A DNA stretch of 64,000 bases, taken from NCBI RefSeq assembly GCF_004010195.1, contig NC_057746.1:26804070-26868069 (forward strand). Reading direction: 5' to 3'. The position numbers were made by a program, and so were the translations under genes. Below, one piece after another: positions 62,786 through 64,000 of this stretch. The DNA is from Chiloscyllium plagiosum. Lineage: Eukaryota. A model generated the notes under the pieces. It worked only from the letters and a program-made list of their open reading frames with translations. It was not told where the DNA came from and ran no database searches. Numbering within the stretch: the stretch's first letter is position 1; each line of letters opens with the position of its first letter.

Positions 62786-64000
62786 GGTCTGATTGGAAAC
62801 AAAAATAGAAATGGATGGGAAAGCTCAGCAGATCTTGTAGCATCTGTGGAGAGAAATCAGTGTTAACATTTTGAGTCCAGTGTCCTTCCCTCACAACTGG
62901 TCTGATTGGGATATCTGTTGTGGACAAGAAGGACTGAAGAGTCTGCTTCCATGCTGTGTGACTCTACATAGGATCCCGGAGGAGCTTTGACAGGGAATAC
63001 ATGGAGAGCGGGTCTGGAGAGGAGAATCATGAACTAGGCGTCACTGTTTTCAAGTTAAAGATTCACCCATTTATGAAAGTGAGGAGGAGAATTTGCTTCT
63101 TTTTAACAGTGGGACTTGAGTCTTTGGAACTTCTTCTCAGAAAGTGTCAAATCTGAGTCCTTGAATCATTTTAAGGCAGGAGTGGATATGCTATTGAAAA
63201 ACAGCAGGGTGAAAGGTTAACAACAATAGTTTGAGATGTGGTGTAATCAAACCAGCCATAGCCTTATTGATTGGTGGAACAAGTTCAAATGGCTGAGTAG
63301 CCTACTGCTGCTCCTAATTTGAGTAGTCCTCTGTTCAATGCCTCATTCTATTTGACCAAGCTTTTGGTAACCCTTTTCTAATAACTCCTTCTAATGCCCT
63401 TCCTCAATTTTCTATGTTAATGCTACAATTAAGTGCCTTAGGACATACAAAATGCTATACAACTGCAAGATGTTCTTCTTGTTGGTAGAGTGCTGTAATG
63501 CAATAAAGCACTAAGTCCTCTCTCTCCACTCCCTATCTCTATGACCCCCAAGTGACTGATGTCCAAATTGAGCAATGACTTGCACTTTCCCACTGAATAA
63601 GGGAATGGGTATCATATGTAATCAAATACTGCAGCCTGGATTTCTACCGGGATTCAAGTGAGAAAATAGTTGTTTATAAATGTCACTGTGTTTTTAAATA
63701 TATTTTGATTCAAGAACTTTACTAATAAATCTGACAGTGATCAGAAATGTTATCTCCACTCCAATCCATATCTCTAACTTTATAGTTTAATGTCAGTAAT
63801 GACCTTGTCCCAAAGTTAGTTGCAATGAGTTACTTACCTGTTCAATTGCCTGGACAGTTTCAAAGCTGTACTGGGATGTTGCTCTCTGATACCTTCATGT
63901 GTCATGTTGTTGTTACAAGTCATCACCTCCAAAGACACATGCAACACCTGGAAAAGGGAGAGATGTTGCCTCTTGCATTCATCAAATGCAAGAATGACAA

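Overview
Vertebrate genomic DNA, almost certainly from a cartilaginous fish (shark). The basis is the repeat landscape: dense HE1/V-SINE-type tRNA SINEs, CR1, Rex1/Babar and Penelope-like elements. The window holds a cluster of three intron-containing, single-V-domain, germline-joined (VJ-type) Ig-superfamily receptor genes of the NKp30/NCR3 family, rebuilt by hand from splice sites and exon phases. Gene A (minus, 1033-2438, 3 coding exons, 173 aa) has a Lys in the transmembrane segment and almost no tail, so it looks activating. Gene B (minus, 13203-27133, 5 coding exons, 294 aa) has an uncharged TM core, a long tail with ITSM/ITIM motifs and four extra Cys in the V domain, so it looks inhibitory. 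Gene C (plus; leader 50423-50480, V exon 55462-55797) is divergent from B, and its TM and tail exons were not found in the window. Together they look like a paired activating/inhibitory NKp30-like receptor system. The rest is mostly transposon-derived: a near-full-length CR1 nested in a Rex1, a solo LTR with TSD, two ~2.9 kb inverted Penelope-like insertions with TSDs, and several minimal hammerhead ribozyme motifs, two with intact cores. There are two assembly gaps (42493-43106, 44255-44920).
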